64,000 bases of DNA from the human T2T-CHM13v2.0 reference genome, Homo sapiens, in assembly GCF_009914755.1 (NCBI RefSeq), contig NC_060929.1; one strand, given 5' to 3'. Positions 22,426-40,931 of this stretch are shown one piece after another (positions within the stretch are counted from its first letter, which is position 1; each line of letters opens with the position of its first letter). A program made the translations under genes and the position numbers. Under the pieces are notes generated by a model, which was given only the letters and a program-made list of their open reading frames with translations, was not told the DNA's origin and ran no database searches.

Positions 22426-22733
22426 TCAGGTTACTTTCTTAAAGATTCACTAACATCATTTTTTTTTTTTTGCATTTAATCCTGAAAGTCAATATATGCC
22501 TGGGAGCTCTCTATAAATAATAGCCAACATGTTGCTTAACTCAAGGACAAATAGGTCTGTGAATTCATTGATTTTGAGGTTTTATTTCTGTAGAACACCA
22601 GAACAATTTTCCAGACGTTGTTTTTCTAATTGTATTACTTTTTCTCAGATTTTATTACTCAGATAAAGGAAACTAGAGATTTCTTTGAAAACAAACAAAT
22701 AAACAAACAAACCACTGCCTGCTTTGTGTTTAG

Positions 22734-22875
22734 ACTCGCAGGCGGTCAGTTGCTGTGTATGGGCAGTATGGAGGCCAGCCTTGTGTTGGAAATGCTTTTG
22801 AAACACAGTCCTGTGAACCTACAAGAGGATGTCCAACAGAGGAGGGATGTGGAGAGCGTTTCAGGTGCTTTTCAG
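22734..22875 (+). CDS. C7: C7 exon 4 (142 nt), TSP1 end and LDLRA start [17 protein letters not shown]...RFRCFS
   Basis: gtgtttag|ACTCGC...TTTCAG|gtaact. Confidence 0.97.
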
Positions 22876-23529
22876 GTAACTTGTTTTCCATAGGCTCAGC
22901 ATGCAGATTGTAAATTCAAACGTTATTTGGTGAACTTGCTCGTTATATATTTGTTAAATTTTACTGAATTTATATTGGCCTAAAGTTAATTCCCCCAAAT
23001 ATCATCAGGATTTTTGTTGGTATGTTAATCATCCACTCAGCTATCATTTTTTCAAATGCAAGGGGATGCATCTGGTAATAAACATAGGAATGCTCTTTGT
23101 CTCTTTGAATGGAACTCTAGTTACTGACAGACCCAAAACGTTCTTGACAGTGTATTTTGAGTAAAGATGCAGAGTGAGTCTTGTACATATATTGAGATTA
23201 GACGAAAACAATGTTACTGCCTAAATTATTATATCTACAAGAAAAGCAACCCTAATGAACTGATTAAGGAGCAATACAGTTCTCTCCTATGCATGGGGTG
23301 ATTGAAACACCAGTTTTGGCATAGAATATTATTTGACCAATACTCTATGTTGCATTTATGCAGTCAGATTAATGTAACAACATTTAGTAAACATTTATGA
23401 TTCTTGTTTCAAATAGTGGTGAGAGTTGTATATACAAGTGAAACACATGCCTCTTCCCTCACAAATATTAAAGTTTTATGGGCAGAATAGTACATAAATA
23501 ATCCCTGTGTTAGAAGTGCTCCTCAGTGA

Positions 23530-24170
23530 TACCTGTTGAACGCTTATTTTACTTTCAAAATCCAAATTAGATAACCACTCCTTCAGGAAGCCTGCCCTAA
23601 ATCCCCAACTGATAGAAGTAATTAAGCAATCACTTCCATATTTTCCTTATGCATATTGTACCATCTGTCATTTGGATGATTCGTTGGCCTGAATGTCTCT
23701 CTTGGTGAACTGTGAACTCCTTGAAGACATGAATTATATTTCTTACATGTTGACTTCTGGAGTCCCTGGTACATAATAAGTTCTCAACAAATGTTTGCTG
23801 CATTGGATTGAGTGGCAGTATAGCAGGGTACATGTCCTATAAGGACAGCTGTGCACCAAACATCCTATGAGGACATAGAGGAAGAACATGCATCAGAGCC
23901 TGTGAGGCAGCGATGGTTTTCAAGAGGAGATAATGTTTAATTTGATTCTTGAAGGACAAGTAAGAGATAGGTAGAGAAAACCCATCTAGGCAGAGAGAAC
24001 TAACCAAGCGCAAGATCATTGGAGATGACAGAAAGCTTGGCCTTTTATTCATGCAGGTAGTCTGGTATGACTAGGGTATAAGAAGCTAGTAGGAGAATGG
24101 CTGGGGATGATGCTGGGGAGATAGGCAGGAACTAGATCATCTGGTACTCTCCAGTGCTTCCTTGGTACTC
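23530..24170. mobile_element. L2 fragments (3' end on + at ~23530-23810; opposite-strand piece at ~23840-24170)
   Basis: CCTTCAGGAAGCCT...CCTGGTACATAATAAGTTCTCAACAAATGTTTG resembles the L2 3' end. Confidence 0.6.
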
Positions 24171-24616
24171 TAGATTTATGGCTATCATAACAATTATGAT
24201 CTATGTCTTTGTAGTATTTCCTATTAGATTGTAAAGTATATGAAAAGCTGGCAAAGGCCATTTTTATTCATATTCGTATCCTAGCCCCTATTGTGCTACG
24301 GAAATGTTGAATTTTAACCTTTTGATAAAATTGTCCGGCTCTTAAAGCTTACAAATTTAAATTACCAAAAAAAGCTCAACTTTGTCATCTTAGAATGACA
24401 GAAAAAAAGTGAAAGTTGAAGGGCAGGAAGTCAGTCTATTTTCTCAGTAGTCGGAATTATATAATTTAGACAAGCTGCTTGATGATTATGGGTGAGATCC
24501 TGAAATTCTGAATTCAGATCCTATTTTCAATTTTGTGTCTGATTGAGTTAAGAACCATTTCCATGTGCCATAAAATGGAGACAAAATACTCACTAGTCCT
24601 TTCCGAGACACTCTGA

Positions 24617-24895
<279 letters not shown>

Positions 24896-25086
24896 TAAGG
24901 TGCTGGGCAGCCTCCTGAGTACATCAGTGAATTGTAGTTTTAAATTTTGTTTTATTTTATAGTTTGGTAAGTCTATGAACAAGTCTTCTAATAGGCAAGA
25001 TTATTCATTGGCTCAGAGCTCTTTGCCACATCCTGAGACAGTATTTTTGTTCACACATGTATACCTGTAGATACATGTGGTAGATG

Positions 25087-25188
25087 CAGAGTGACCCTTT
25101 GTCCTGGGATGGTCCTAGTTTTAGCGCTGAAATTCTAATTCCAAGAAACTCCTCAGGCCCAGGGAAACCTGGACAGTTGGTCACTTCA
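25087..25188. mobile_element. Short hAT DNA-transposon relic (MER81-like)
   Basis: Terminal inverted motifs GAGTGACC...GGTCACTT around GTTTTAGCGCTGAAA. Confidence 0.6.
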
Positions 25189-25868
25189 TGGGGGTTGGAA
25201 GGGAGGGAGAGAGACAGAAAAAATACTAATTCAATAATGTGGGGCTATTCAAGAGAATGAAGAGACAATAGAATGAGAACAGGATGAGAAGAGAGACAGA
25301 AGCAAGTGTGTTGTAATATCCAGGCTGAACAGCAATTGTCTAAACTAGCCAAGAACCTGTTTCCAAGTGAAGGTTGGAAAATACTGTGTTTACGTTATCA
25401 AAGAGAATTCTGAAGAATTTTTAAGGGTCATATGACTTGTTAAGGTTTCAAGACCTAAAAATAACCTATTTTAGAGTGAAAGAAGTAATTTTTCTGAAAT
25501 ATTTTAAAATTTATTAACAGAGAAATAGGGTAAAATTATTTGAAAGAGTACACCATTCAGTATGCTAAGAGGCAATTAGTTAAAATTTATTATAGAGAGC
25601 TCTCTCTCCTCAAGAGTAACCTTAATTGTATTGGTTTTATCTACAGATTCAATTCAAAACCAGCTGTTGCCATAGATACGAAAGAGCCATGTGTTTCCCA
25701 AATATGTTCTTAGATGGAAAGAATGTTGGATTTTCTGAGCCATTAGTTTTAGTGATTATACCAAGCAGGGGAAGCTGGATAATGTATGGTGTGTATTAGG
25801 ATGCTGTGCTCTTCATTTGAACTCTCTCAAAGAAGTGTTTAAGTGTAATGCATTTTAAGAATTTGTAG

Positions 25869-26231
<363 letters not shown>

Positions 26232-26454
26232 TGACTTAAAAAGTATACACAGTGTTTTTGCTTTGGGGTACAGGGCAATGATACTTTTAACATGTGTCAT
26301 TCAAGCTGACATATCCTTATACCTCATTTGTAACTTCATGTTCTATATAGGCCCAAGACCTTATTGTCTGTGCTGGTGTAGGCATTAAACTGAAGACCCT
26401 GTCCATGACTGGTAATGATAGTCTCCTGACACTGCTACAGTGTCAGCTCACTTA

Positions 26455-27110
26455 AAATGCTTTTATTTTAAAATTGTGAACTATTTCATATATACAAAAG
26501 GGTGTGGATAACATATATGTGTAATTTGAAGAAAACTGCCCTTATATGCCCACCATCTGCCTTAAGAAATAGAATATTGCCAGTGACTTAAAGGCTCCTC
26601 TATGCCCCTCTCTGATCACATCCCTCTCACTCCTCAGGCAACTACTATCTTATATTTTGTATTAATTATCCTTGTTTTTTCTATAAATGCTTATTCTTTA
26701 TATGTTTTTGTCCCTAAATATAAATTTGTGATTTAGTTTTGCCTATTTTTTTCATTTGTATAAATAGAATCATATCTATTCTTCTGTTACTTTTTTCACT
26801 AAAAGTTATGGATTTGAGATTTACTCATGCTGTTGCAGGTGGCATTTTTATTGCTGTTTCCAATTTTTTCTTATGAAAATGCCTTGAACATTCTTGTGCC
26901 TGAGTCCCATACAAATGAACTAGAGCTTCTCCAGGGCATACACCTGGAACTCAAATTGCTACCTCATAGGATATGTATGTACTAAATTTTACTAGGTAAA
27001 GTATCCAAAATGGCTGGATCATTTCATACCCCAGCAGTGGGGATGAGTGGCCTCCACTTCACATGCTTGCCAACGTTGGTATTGCTTAACTTTTTAATTT
27101 TGCTTATGAT
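26455..27110 (-). mobile_element. Ancient L1ME-like 3' fragment
   Basis: Degraded antisense L1M 3'UTR motifs. Confidence 0.6.
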
Positions 27111-27684
27111 CTCAGATCTCCTCTGTCTCCAGGCTTCTGTTTCTCAAAAGCTATTTCTGTCATACACACCTAAACTCACCCGTGAGTAGGTTTTGATCAA
27201 CACAATACGTACTCATGCAAAACAGTTACGGCTTTAGGAAACTTTACGGAAGATTTAGAAGGAAGATAGAGGAGAGATTTTCTGTTGCAGTAATGCAAAC
27301 ATGTTGAAGCAATAGCGGTTGGCATCTTCTATCTTAAAACACTTCCACAGCCTCAACACAACGAAATTTCTGGTCTCATCGGGTGTTAGCTTCTTTCTTG
27401 CTCTCGTCTTTCAAGATCCCCTCTCTCACTCCTTTTCCTCCCTTTGTCCCCAAACTCCAAAAATGTCTAATTCAGCTTTTAATATTGATTACTTCTAAAT
27501 TTGTAAACCCAAACTACTGAAATGTTCAGACAAAAGGGCCTTTTGCTTACCCAAATTAACCTTCTCCAGAAAGCAGCTTTGATTATAAATAGCAAACGTA
27601 CCGTCTTCCAATTTACCATAGAATAAGTTAGTTGCATTTAAGAGTTGTTGAGTAATATAAATGAGAAGTAAAACAGATCTGAAA

Positions 27685-27940
27685 AATAATTGTAGCTACC
27701 AGTTTTTGAATACCTACTGTGGCATCTACACTATTTTAGGTGATTAGCATAGGTTTAATTCTCACAGCAGCTTTGGAAAGTAAGCAATATTTTACTATTT
27801 TATATATGTAGAAACTGAGGCTTAAGAGGACTTCAGCTGACATACTCAAAGTCACCAAATTAAGAAGTAGTAGAGCTTAGATCTGGTCTGTCAGATTTCA
27901 CAGCCTTTTATTTTTCCATTACATTTTACTCTCCCCATGT
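27685..27940. mobile_element. MIR
   Basis: GAAACTGAGGCTTAAGAG core motif. Confidence 0.65.
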
Positions 27941-28199
27941 GTTTCATTTATTTTTCAATTCTAAATTCAACGTGGTGAATAACATGTATTACAATTTAAC
28001 CTTTGGCCAGAAAGGAGAATGTAAGACAGGCATATACAGATAATTTTTTTTCTCCCTCTATACCTTAGAGAATATGTTCCTAATTCTTTCATAATTATAA
28101 TGTGGAGACTTGCATGTATATTTTTGAAAGGGTCAAATTTAGAAAGTTACAGAGCAGAGAAAATAATAAGAAAGAGCGTTTCTGACTTCGTTGGAAGGT

Positions 28200-28700
28200 A
28201 GACAGGCAGGAAGTCTGCATTTCTGAAGAAGAGGGATAATTTATTAACAACGTGATCCTGACATTCATTTTCCTCAGCAGGGCTTGGTCTTTAGATTGAC
28301 AACTGAAATGCCTTCCCCATCACTGAATGTGAAGGTGTTTGTCAGAGTAGAGGGAAATTATAGCCTGCTATAGAATGAGGAACAGAGATGTTTTGAGGAG
28401 CAGTCTGAGGGAAGTGAAGTGGAAGCCACAGGCAGTGAGTCAGCCATGCAAATGCTAAACTCAGGTGTGGACGCGGAGGTGGTGAATGTCCTCCATGGTT
28501 CAAATAAATTCATCTCGGGCCCACTGGGTATTCAGCTCTCTTTGAGGTGGAAAGTGACTTTTGGCTTATTGGAACATAAATATTAGTAGTAAATATAAAA
28601 CAGAATCGGCCAGTCTCTCTTATAATCCCTGTTTCGGTTTTTAGCATCGCGGTTTATCCAGGGCAAACCCAATTTCTTGTCGAGTAAGCTACTTAACTTT
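28200..28700. promoter_or_regulatory. Candidate intronic enhancer (ETS, AP-1 and octamer motif cluster)
   Basis: CAGGAAGT 28207, GGAAGTGAA 28410, TGAGTCA 28436, ATGCAAAT 28446; apparently non-repetitive with some CpGs retained. Motif evidence only. Confidence 0.35.
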
Positions 28701-29084
28701 GATGCTGTGCACATTCTCTGTCTACTTATACATTTTATACAACAAGGAAGGCATTTATGGCTTGGGAAGGTGCCCCTCTGCCTTGTTCAGCCTGAGAGAT
28801 AGCAGAGGACTATTGTGTTTATTCTCAGTGTGTGATGAATTGCAGAAGGGAATGAATTATGATCAAGGTGGAAAAACTTCATGGCTTCTTCTGTGTTTGG
28901 TCTTGAATATACTTCATTATATATTTTGAAGAGAAATCCTAAATGCATATCAAATTAAAAACAAAAACAAATTCTAAAGGCAATTTTAATGAATGCTGCA
29001 TTATCTAAGCCTTTGCTTCCTCTGTTGGTATGAGGACTAGATACCTGAGATTTCTAAATCTACCTTGTTAAAGGAATAATTTAA

Positions 29085-29330
29085 ATGATGGTTAAAAATA
29101 TCTCACATATAAGAACGCTTTATATACTAAGCACTGTTCCAAGAGCTTTACATGGACCTATTTTCCTTATAATAACCTAAGGAGGTAGGTACTGGCATCT
29201 CATTTTACAAATGATAAAACAGAGGCAAAAAAGCTAAATAGCTTATCCACAGCATAGAAGATGACAAAGGTGGGATTTGAACTTTAGAAGTCTGGCTCCA
29301 AACCCCCTCAGAGCAGACACTATACTTACA
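29085..29330. mobile_element. MIR
   Basis: CATTTTACAAATGATAAAACAGAGGC core motif. Confidence 0.65.
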
Positions 29331-29468
29331 AGCATTTTATATAGTATATATATGTATGTATATGCAGTGAATATCTCCATATCTATATGTATATCGTGTC
29401 TCATTCTATATGTGGGTGGGAGTGGGAGAGAGAGAGAAAATGAAAAAACAAGAGTGCAAGAGGAACAC

Positions 29469-29774
<306 letters not shown>

Positions 29775-29779
29775 GAGGA

Positions 29780-31900
<2,121 letters not shown>

Positions 31901-32054
31901 CTGAACTAAAGCAGCTGAGAGGTTTATTTGTATTTGAATTGTGGATATAAAGACAGGCGGAAATAGGCTAATTTTTTTTTTTTTGCATTGAAAGGGATGT
32001 GTATAACTTTTCTTTCTCCAAAGAGATAATAAACTAAATATTTTTTAAATCAAT

Positions 32055-32137
32055 AATATATATGTGTGTATGTGTATATGTGTATATACATATATGTGTG
32101 TGTGTGTATATATATATACACACAGACATATATATAT
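32055..32137. repeat. Compound (TA)/(TG)/(CA) microsatellite
   Basis: Alternating purine-pyrimidine tract. Confidence 0.9.
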
Positions 32138-33601
32138 TCTCCCAGCCCAAGCTGAATTTTTGCATCTGACTTTTAAACAAACCAATTTCATAATGTGATG
32201 GAAATAATGCTCTAATAAAAGATTTGTTGAAATCCATCTTCTTTCTTATCTTTTTAGCATGCATATCTAATACTCAATGGGGGTAGTGATAACAGTCATA
32301 TTGTATTTTCTGGTATTTTGGTGTATTTCTGTCTTGTATTTTTTGACTGGGCATATACTTGCATGATTGTGGTTAATAGCATCTTCACACTTATACCTGT
32401 CTTCTTATTTAATGTGACAACATGAATATTTTGCTTTCACAAGCATCATTTAGTATGACTGTGTAATATTGTCATTTTCTTTCCTTTTAGTTTTCAAAAA
32501 AGTATATCATTTCCATCAGTTCAATTTCCTCTGTTCCTTATGCTTGGATCTCAAACGCAGATGTGTATGTATATATAATAAAAACACAAATGCTTGTGAA
32601 AGGAGAGCTCCCAATTTGAATATTTATATAGAACAAACACAGTGAGAGGGAGTCTTCTTGCCTGATTTGTTTCATTCCCACAGGGACTGACATTTTTAGC
32701 AAATTAGTTGTCTATAACTTTAACAAATCAAGAGAGTTTTACATGAAGAGTCAAATTTATCCCTTGGAAAAAATCAGACAATTTGTCAATACCAGAACCT
32801 GTAGTTACATCTAGTGACTGTCTAGTGGATTTGAGTGTTGTGTGTCCCTTTTAGACAGGGTACGTGTTCACTTTTTCATCACCATGCTGTCCACTGGAGG
32901 TTTCCAACATTGACATTACTTGCCAGTTCCCTGTGGGCATTTCATTTTGACACTTGATCTAAAGCAAAATAAAGGATAAATGAATGATTGTCTCTTCAAT
33001 AAAAGCTGAAGCTGTCACTTCTCATTTAGCTACATGTGACTAACCTATTGTCTACTTTAAAATTCTTTTGGGGTGACCCTTTCTTCTATCTAGCAAAGAA
33101 AAAAATGCAATTTTAGCATTTATCCAAGTGAAACAGAATTAGAAAATTAAATCCACTATTGGATCACATAGAACATTCCAAAACAAAGTCCAAAAGAGCT
33201 AATTGTTTCATATCACCTATTTGCATCTCTGTTCCTCTTTGTTAGATGAAAAATCAAGAACGAAATTCTTTCTAGTTCTCTGTCAGTGTAGCTTTTGTTA
33301 ATTTGCTCGCTTCTGGGCCAAATGCTGACATTAAAGGAACATGGAAGTTGTTTGTACCTAAATGCATTTTGTGAGTCACTTGGGATTGCCATTGTTGGTA
33401 CCATGTGTCCTGCTTAATAAAAAAATAATCGTAGAATGAACTCTTTCCTTATAATCATACTGGCCTGGTCTTAATGAGAGTCACAGTTGCTTTGTGCCAA
33501 TGAAGAGCTTTTCTCTTTGGGAAGATTGCATGAAGAAAGTATGCATGATAAAGGATCCAGCATTAATTTAGTCATAGCAAAATTTTTCATTTTCTTTGTA
33601 G

Positions 33602-33925
<324 letters not shown>

Positions 33926-33980
33926 TAAAAGGTACAATATTGTCTCATTAAATCTCTTTGATAATATATTTATTTATACT

Positions 33981-34275
33981 GGCCAGGCACAGTGGTTCAC
34001 GCCTATAATCCCAGCACTTTGGGAGGCCAAGGTGAGTGGATTGCTTGAGCTTGAGCTCAGGAATTTGGGACCAGCCTGGGCAACATAGCAAGACCCTGTC
34101 TCTATAAAAACACAAAAATTAGCTGAGCATGGTGGTGCATGCCTATAGTCCCAGCTACTTAGGAGGCTAAGGTGGAAGGATCACTTGAGCCTTGGAGGGA
34201 GAGGATGCAGTGAGCCAATATCATGTCACTGCACTTCAGCCTGGGCAACAGAGTGAGACCCTGTCTCAAAAAAAA

Positions 34276-34312
<37 letters not shown>
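33981..34312 (+). mobile_element. AluJ with (TA)n tail
   Basis: Sense Alu dimer. Confidence 0.9.
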
Positions 34313-34315
<3 letters not shown>

Positions 34316-35193
34316 TTAGTTATAGTTTTAAACTTCTCATTAAAAATATTTGTTTTTATTTGAAGATGTTTACAAAGCCCTTATTACCTTGAAATCTTCT
34401 ATTTTAAACGATCTTAAATTTCTTAAATTTGTGATTACTGGTGATACTATTTTAAGTGTCATATACAATTTTAAAAAATCTAATTAATGCTTATATATGC
34501 TTCTTAAATGCAAATGCTAGAGGCTTTTTAGATGGTGCATGAAGATAAAATACTTTAAAAACACTTTATTACTTTTGAGATACCAACATTTTTATCTAAG
34601 GAAGTTAAAAGACATTTTTAAATACTTCATTGTTTTGAAATACTAAAACCTTCCTCTTGAGAAATCTGAACAGTAGAGATGGATTGTACTAATTGATATA
34701 CAGTTATGGCTGAATAATTTTTTTAGGCTAATTATTATTCACAATCTGCACATTTCATCACATCTTAAAGTTAGTAACTTGATTAATAAATCACTTAGGA
34801 AAATATAAGGAATATTGATTTTATTTGTTTTATGACTGAGAAACTGACTATGGAGCTATGAGTTGTAAAAACATTTATTGTCTCCACATTATATTGTTCA
34901 CATAGTGGGGATTTGGCAAAAGTAGATCTGTGATCTGTCTTGGACGTCATTAAAAGATGCTTAGGAAGTGTTTAAAAGACTTCATTATAAAGTAGCTTCA
35001 CCTGCAAATACCCTAGCATGGGAGATAAATCATACCTACAAATCATTGTCAAGATGTGGACCATAGGGACACATTATTTTATATACTTATATTTATCAGT
35101 TGATAGATTAATTCTCTTTTTCTAGTTGAAGATGGCATAGCAACTTGGTCTTGGGGTTTTGGAGTTTATATAAGAAATTATCATATAATTTCT

Positions 35194-35368
35194 TCACCTG
35201 TAATCTCAGCACTTTGGGAGGCTGAGGCAAGCAGACCACTTGAGGTCAGGAGTTCAAGACCAGCCTGGCCAACATGATGAAACCCTACCTCTACTAAAAA
35301 TACAAAAATTATCCAGGCATGGTGGTGCATGCCTGTAATCCCAGCTACTCAAGTGGCTGAGGCAGGAC
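35194..35368 (+). mobile_element. Alu fragment broken at both ends
   Basis: Starts at TCACCTGTAATC and stops at GAGGCAGGA. Confidence 0.88.
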
Positions 35369-35398
35369 AAAGCTGAATTTTCCTGAATTAATCCTGAA

Positions 35399-35785
<387 letters not shown>

Positions 35786-35971
35786 ATTACTCAGATATTA
35801 TTACTATTTGAGACTCCAAATATTCCTGATTGCGTCCAGTAAGTGGGCCCATAAGAGTGCTCATCATGCGTCAAAAATAAAAATTCTTGTAGTCTTGGTT
35901 GATTGGAGATGAGAGCTGATGAAGGTATTGAACAGAGAACTATTTCCATTGCCTTTTTATCTTCCACCTAA

Positions 35972-36301
<330 letters not shown>

Positions 36302-38250
36302 TAACATGTAGTTAATGTAAGCTTTTGAGCTTTAAAATTTGACAAACAGAAATTTAAATTGCAAAGGAATCTAAAATTGCAAGAATGTATTATTGTCTAC
36401 TTAAAATCTTATATGGTTTAAGAAAAGCCTGTCTACTGTTTTGCATAGTACCTTGAGCTAAATCATTATCATTATTGGCTATCTCTAGAGGGTATTGGCT
36501 GGGTTTTTAGAATGCTTTTTAAACTTTCCACTTTCTCAAACTAAACAGCATTTCTCAAGAAAAACTAAATGAGGAATTTAGCAATATTTCAGAAATCAAG
36601 ATGTTTAAATAAGTATTTCATTTACCTTTGTTTTTTACCCTCTCATTCTTTTAAAAAAATCCTCTCTGAATATCATAAGTTTGTTTACTACTTAATACTT
36701 GTAACAATAGCTTAAATTGATGGGATACCTTCCTCATGACAAGTGAGTTACATGTATTAGTAATAATCCTTACTACTACCCAATGAGATGGGCATTATAA
36801 TCTCTGCCCCACAGTGAGAAATAGAGACTCAGTGCTATTATGAGACTTATCCAAGGTCATGAAGATTGCAAGGAGGGTATTTAAGGCTGGGTCTAACTGG
36901 CCTCAAAGTCAGTTTAGCTTAGTCCTTATGCTATGTCACTGCTAAAATTGCCTGATTTTGGTTAGAATCAGGACATACCCCTGAATTAATGCTTTGTTGA
37001 TTTCATATTGAGAGAAGAGTCCTCACTATCTGTCTAGATATGGGCAGGGATGGTGGTGGCTTAACAACCACTCCTCCTCTTCAGAGACTAGCCTTGGCTT
37101 ACTAATGTTCCAAGTCAAACCTTTTTTTTCCTAACTTTGTCTTTTAGCTGATGCCCACATTTCCCTCTCTATTCCAAATCCCCTCTTCAAGGTCTTTCTC
37201 TTCAGAAAAGATTCTGTTACAACCTTGGAGAAGAATAAGATCTCTTACATAAGATTCAGAGGAAGTCTTTTAGCTTTTTAAATGGGTAAACTATAATATT
37301 TTTTCATTTCCATTGAGCTATTTTTTTTTGAAGTTCTCTACTACATAAAATTTAACTAGAACTTGATCTTTTCAAATCTTATAGGTTAGAAATGAGTGCA
37401 CAAGTACAGGTTTTTGTAGCAACGACAAGGACACTATTTCTTTGGAGAATTAATCCAGCAAGTAGTTTGGTCTAAATTCAGTTTTACTTCTTTTTATTGC
37501 ACTTAAAAGAAATGGAGAGGATTAAAAAAACATTCCAAGCTGGTAAAATTAAATTTTTCAGTAAAAATTTTACTCTTGAGCAGTTTATGTTTTTCCTAAA
37601 ATTTTTATTTAAATATAATCATAACCTCTGGGATATAGTGTATGCCCCAAATAATTGTTCTTTAAGAAACATTAAGGTTATTGTAATATAGTTAGTAAAT
37701 GAGAAAATATATTTGCACATTTTAGTATTTTTCTATCCTACTTTCAAAAAATGCATTGGCAAAAAAAAAAAAAAACACAAAAAACTCCCCTTGATAATGA
37801 GTAGAAATGATCACATTCTAAGGGTATAAGTCATGGGAAGGAGATGTTGGAAGTCACAGATGTTAAAGATGGAGAGATTGAACCAGTAGAACTTGAATTT
37901 TAGGAGTTAATTCCTGTGGAAACAGAAGCCAGCTTTGGGAGCCTTAAGTAGATTTGCTGGAAGAAGCTGTCATGCTCCTACTTTTATTGATTTATCTTAT
38001 GCCTAAGAAGCTGACTGTAAATGGGTGAAAGATATCACTCTTTGGGGTGTTCAATTTCTACTCCCTGCACCTTTTTATGTAGAAATCTCTTCTGCCTCCC
38101 CTCGGAAGCTGATAGAAGGAAAATAACAAAAGTCAATTTTTTCTGATCTTTGACTCTTCTAGAGCACTTGAAAATGTTCATATCATGTCACTCTTGATTA
38201 GATGGCCATAGTAGCAGCAAACAACCTCTTATCCCTACTCTCATATCTGA

Positions 38251-38898
<648 letters not shown>

Positions 38899-39574
38899 TT
38901 ACAAGCCTAACCTCTACTCCAGTCTTCTATTGTTAATTCTTGATCTCCAAAGGCTTTTGAGGCTTTATCAGGGGTTCTGCTTTGTGTTTTAAAAAATCTA
39001 TTTGGTAATTTTTGTCTCTGCTCTCTCTTTCATGTGTCAAGGTAGTGAGACATCACACAGGATAGGGAGTTCACCAGGTTATCTCCTCTGTATTATAAAT
39101 ATGTTATCGGTGTGCAGCACTTTTCTCCTTTATGATGATTGGCAAACAAGCCTAGACAAGTGACAATATCAAGAGACAGTTCAGTTTCACTTGCTGACAT
39201 GGCTACTCCGTGGAGGTCAGGTTTTTGGTGCATGCTGGTTGGCAGTGGAGATGGGGGGAAGGTGGTATGCTAGTCTTTGGGTGATTGAAGGAGGACTGAA
39301 AGGGTAAACTGATCTAGACTGTGAGGGTACCATGTTAAGGAGTTTGGATTTCATTCTGATGGCTATTGGGTTCCATTAAAAGATTTAATACATGGAGTGA
39401 TGAAATAAAAGATTACCTAAGTAAAGTTGTAGAGAATAAAGAAGAATGGAGAAGGAAACATTTGGCAGGATTAAAAAACAAGAGATGGAAAGTAAAGGAG
39501 GAGTGAGGTCAACAGAGTGAAGATAAGGACCAAAAAATGTTCACTGGATTTGGTGATTAAGACTTAGTTGCTGC

Positions 39575-40030
39575 TTTTGAGAAGTGTCCGTTCATGTCTT
39601 TTGTCCATTTTTAATGGGGTTATTTATTTTTTACTTGTTAAGTTAAGTTCCTTATATATTCTGAATATAAGAGTTTTATCAGATGCATAGTTTGCAAATA
39701 TTTTTTCCCATTTTGTGGGTTGTCTGTTACACATTGATAGTTTCCTTTGCTGTGCAGATGCAGGAACAGGAAACCAAATACTGCACATTCTTACTTTTAA
39801 GTGGGAGTTAAACACTGGGTACTTATGGACATAAAAATGGCAAAAATAGTCACTGGGGACTGCTAGAGAGGGGAGGAAGGGAGGAATCAAGGGTTGAAAA
39901 ACTAACTATTGGGTACTTACTCTCACTACCTGGGTGTTGGGATCAATCACACTCCAAAGCTCAGTATCACATAATCCACCCAGGTAACAAACCTGAACAT
40001 GTACCCCATGAATCGAGAATAAATGTTGAA
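39575..40030 (+). mobile_element. Short L1 (L1PB/old L1PA) with inverted 5' segment
   Basis: Antisense ORF2 at ~39575-39757 joined to sense 3'UTR at ~39760-40030. Confidence 0.78.
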
Positions 40031-40881
40031 GAGAAAGTTGCTTTTAAAGGAAGAGATTCCATAGTATGGTAGGGGTGTAAGTGAGACTGCAATGCATTGT
40101 GTGAGGCCATAGACTGAGCAGTATCAGAGTTTAAATCCTCTTGGGGTAATGGCAAAAGTGGACACTGACCCATGTGTCATGGTTCTCAGTGAAGAAGCAG
40201 GGATTCTTGGGATATTGGTAGATGAGTGCAAGAAGGAGGAAGATGAGTAGTAAAACCAGGTTTATGTACTCATTCACTTGCTTCATTCATCAACTATTTA
40301 TGGAGTCTGTGGTATGTGCCAGGAATCGTTTTAGACACTCAAGATATAGCCGTGAATATGCCAGAGAAAGTGCTTGTCTTCGTGAAGTTGACATGTCAGA
40401 GGAGGAAAAGTTTTTGAATGAAGTGGAAAAAGAATGATCTGAACATAGAAATGGAAGTGAGAGCTTTGAGAAGATGTTGACATCAGTCTTCAGTTGGGCT
40501 GGCAGTTGGAAGCTGCTTACCAATTTTATTTTATTTCACATTTAACAAACACAGGGCACCTACTGTGTGCCAGCACAATTTTAAGTGATGTACAAAAATA
40601 AACCAGTGTAGTCCTCCTACCTATGTGTTAAGTATTATTCATATTCTCGTTTTACAGACAGGGACACTGAGGCCCAGAAATGTTGCCCAAGATTATCGTT
40701 AATAAGAATTAGATATGAAATGCAAATGCATAAAATTTGGCTTAACAGTCTGGGGTCTTGACTTGCATTGGGCTGCCTTTTCTAGGGGAAAAGAGTTAGC
40801 TGGAACAGAGAGCTCACTGGGGTATGGAAAGGGAGGCTAAAGCCTTAAAAAAACATCATGATGGTAGAATCCGTAATTCTT

Positions 40882-40882
40882 T

Positions 40883-40931
<49 letters not shown>

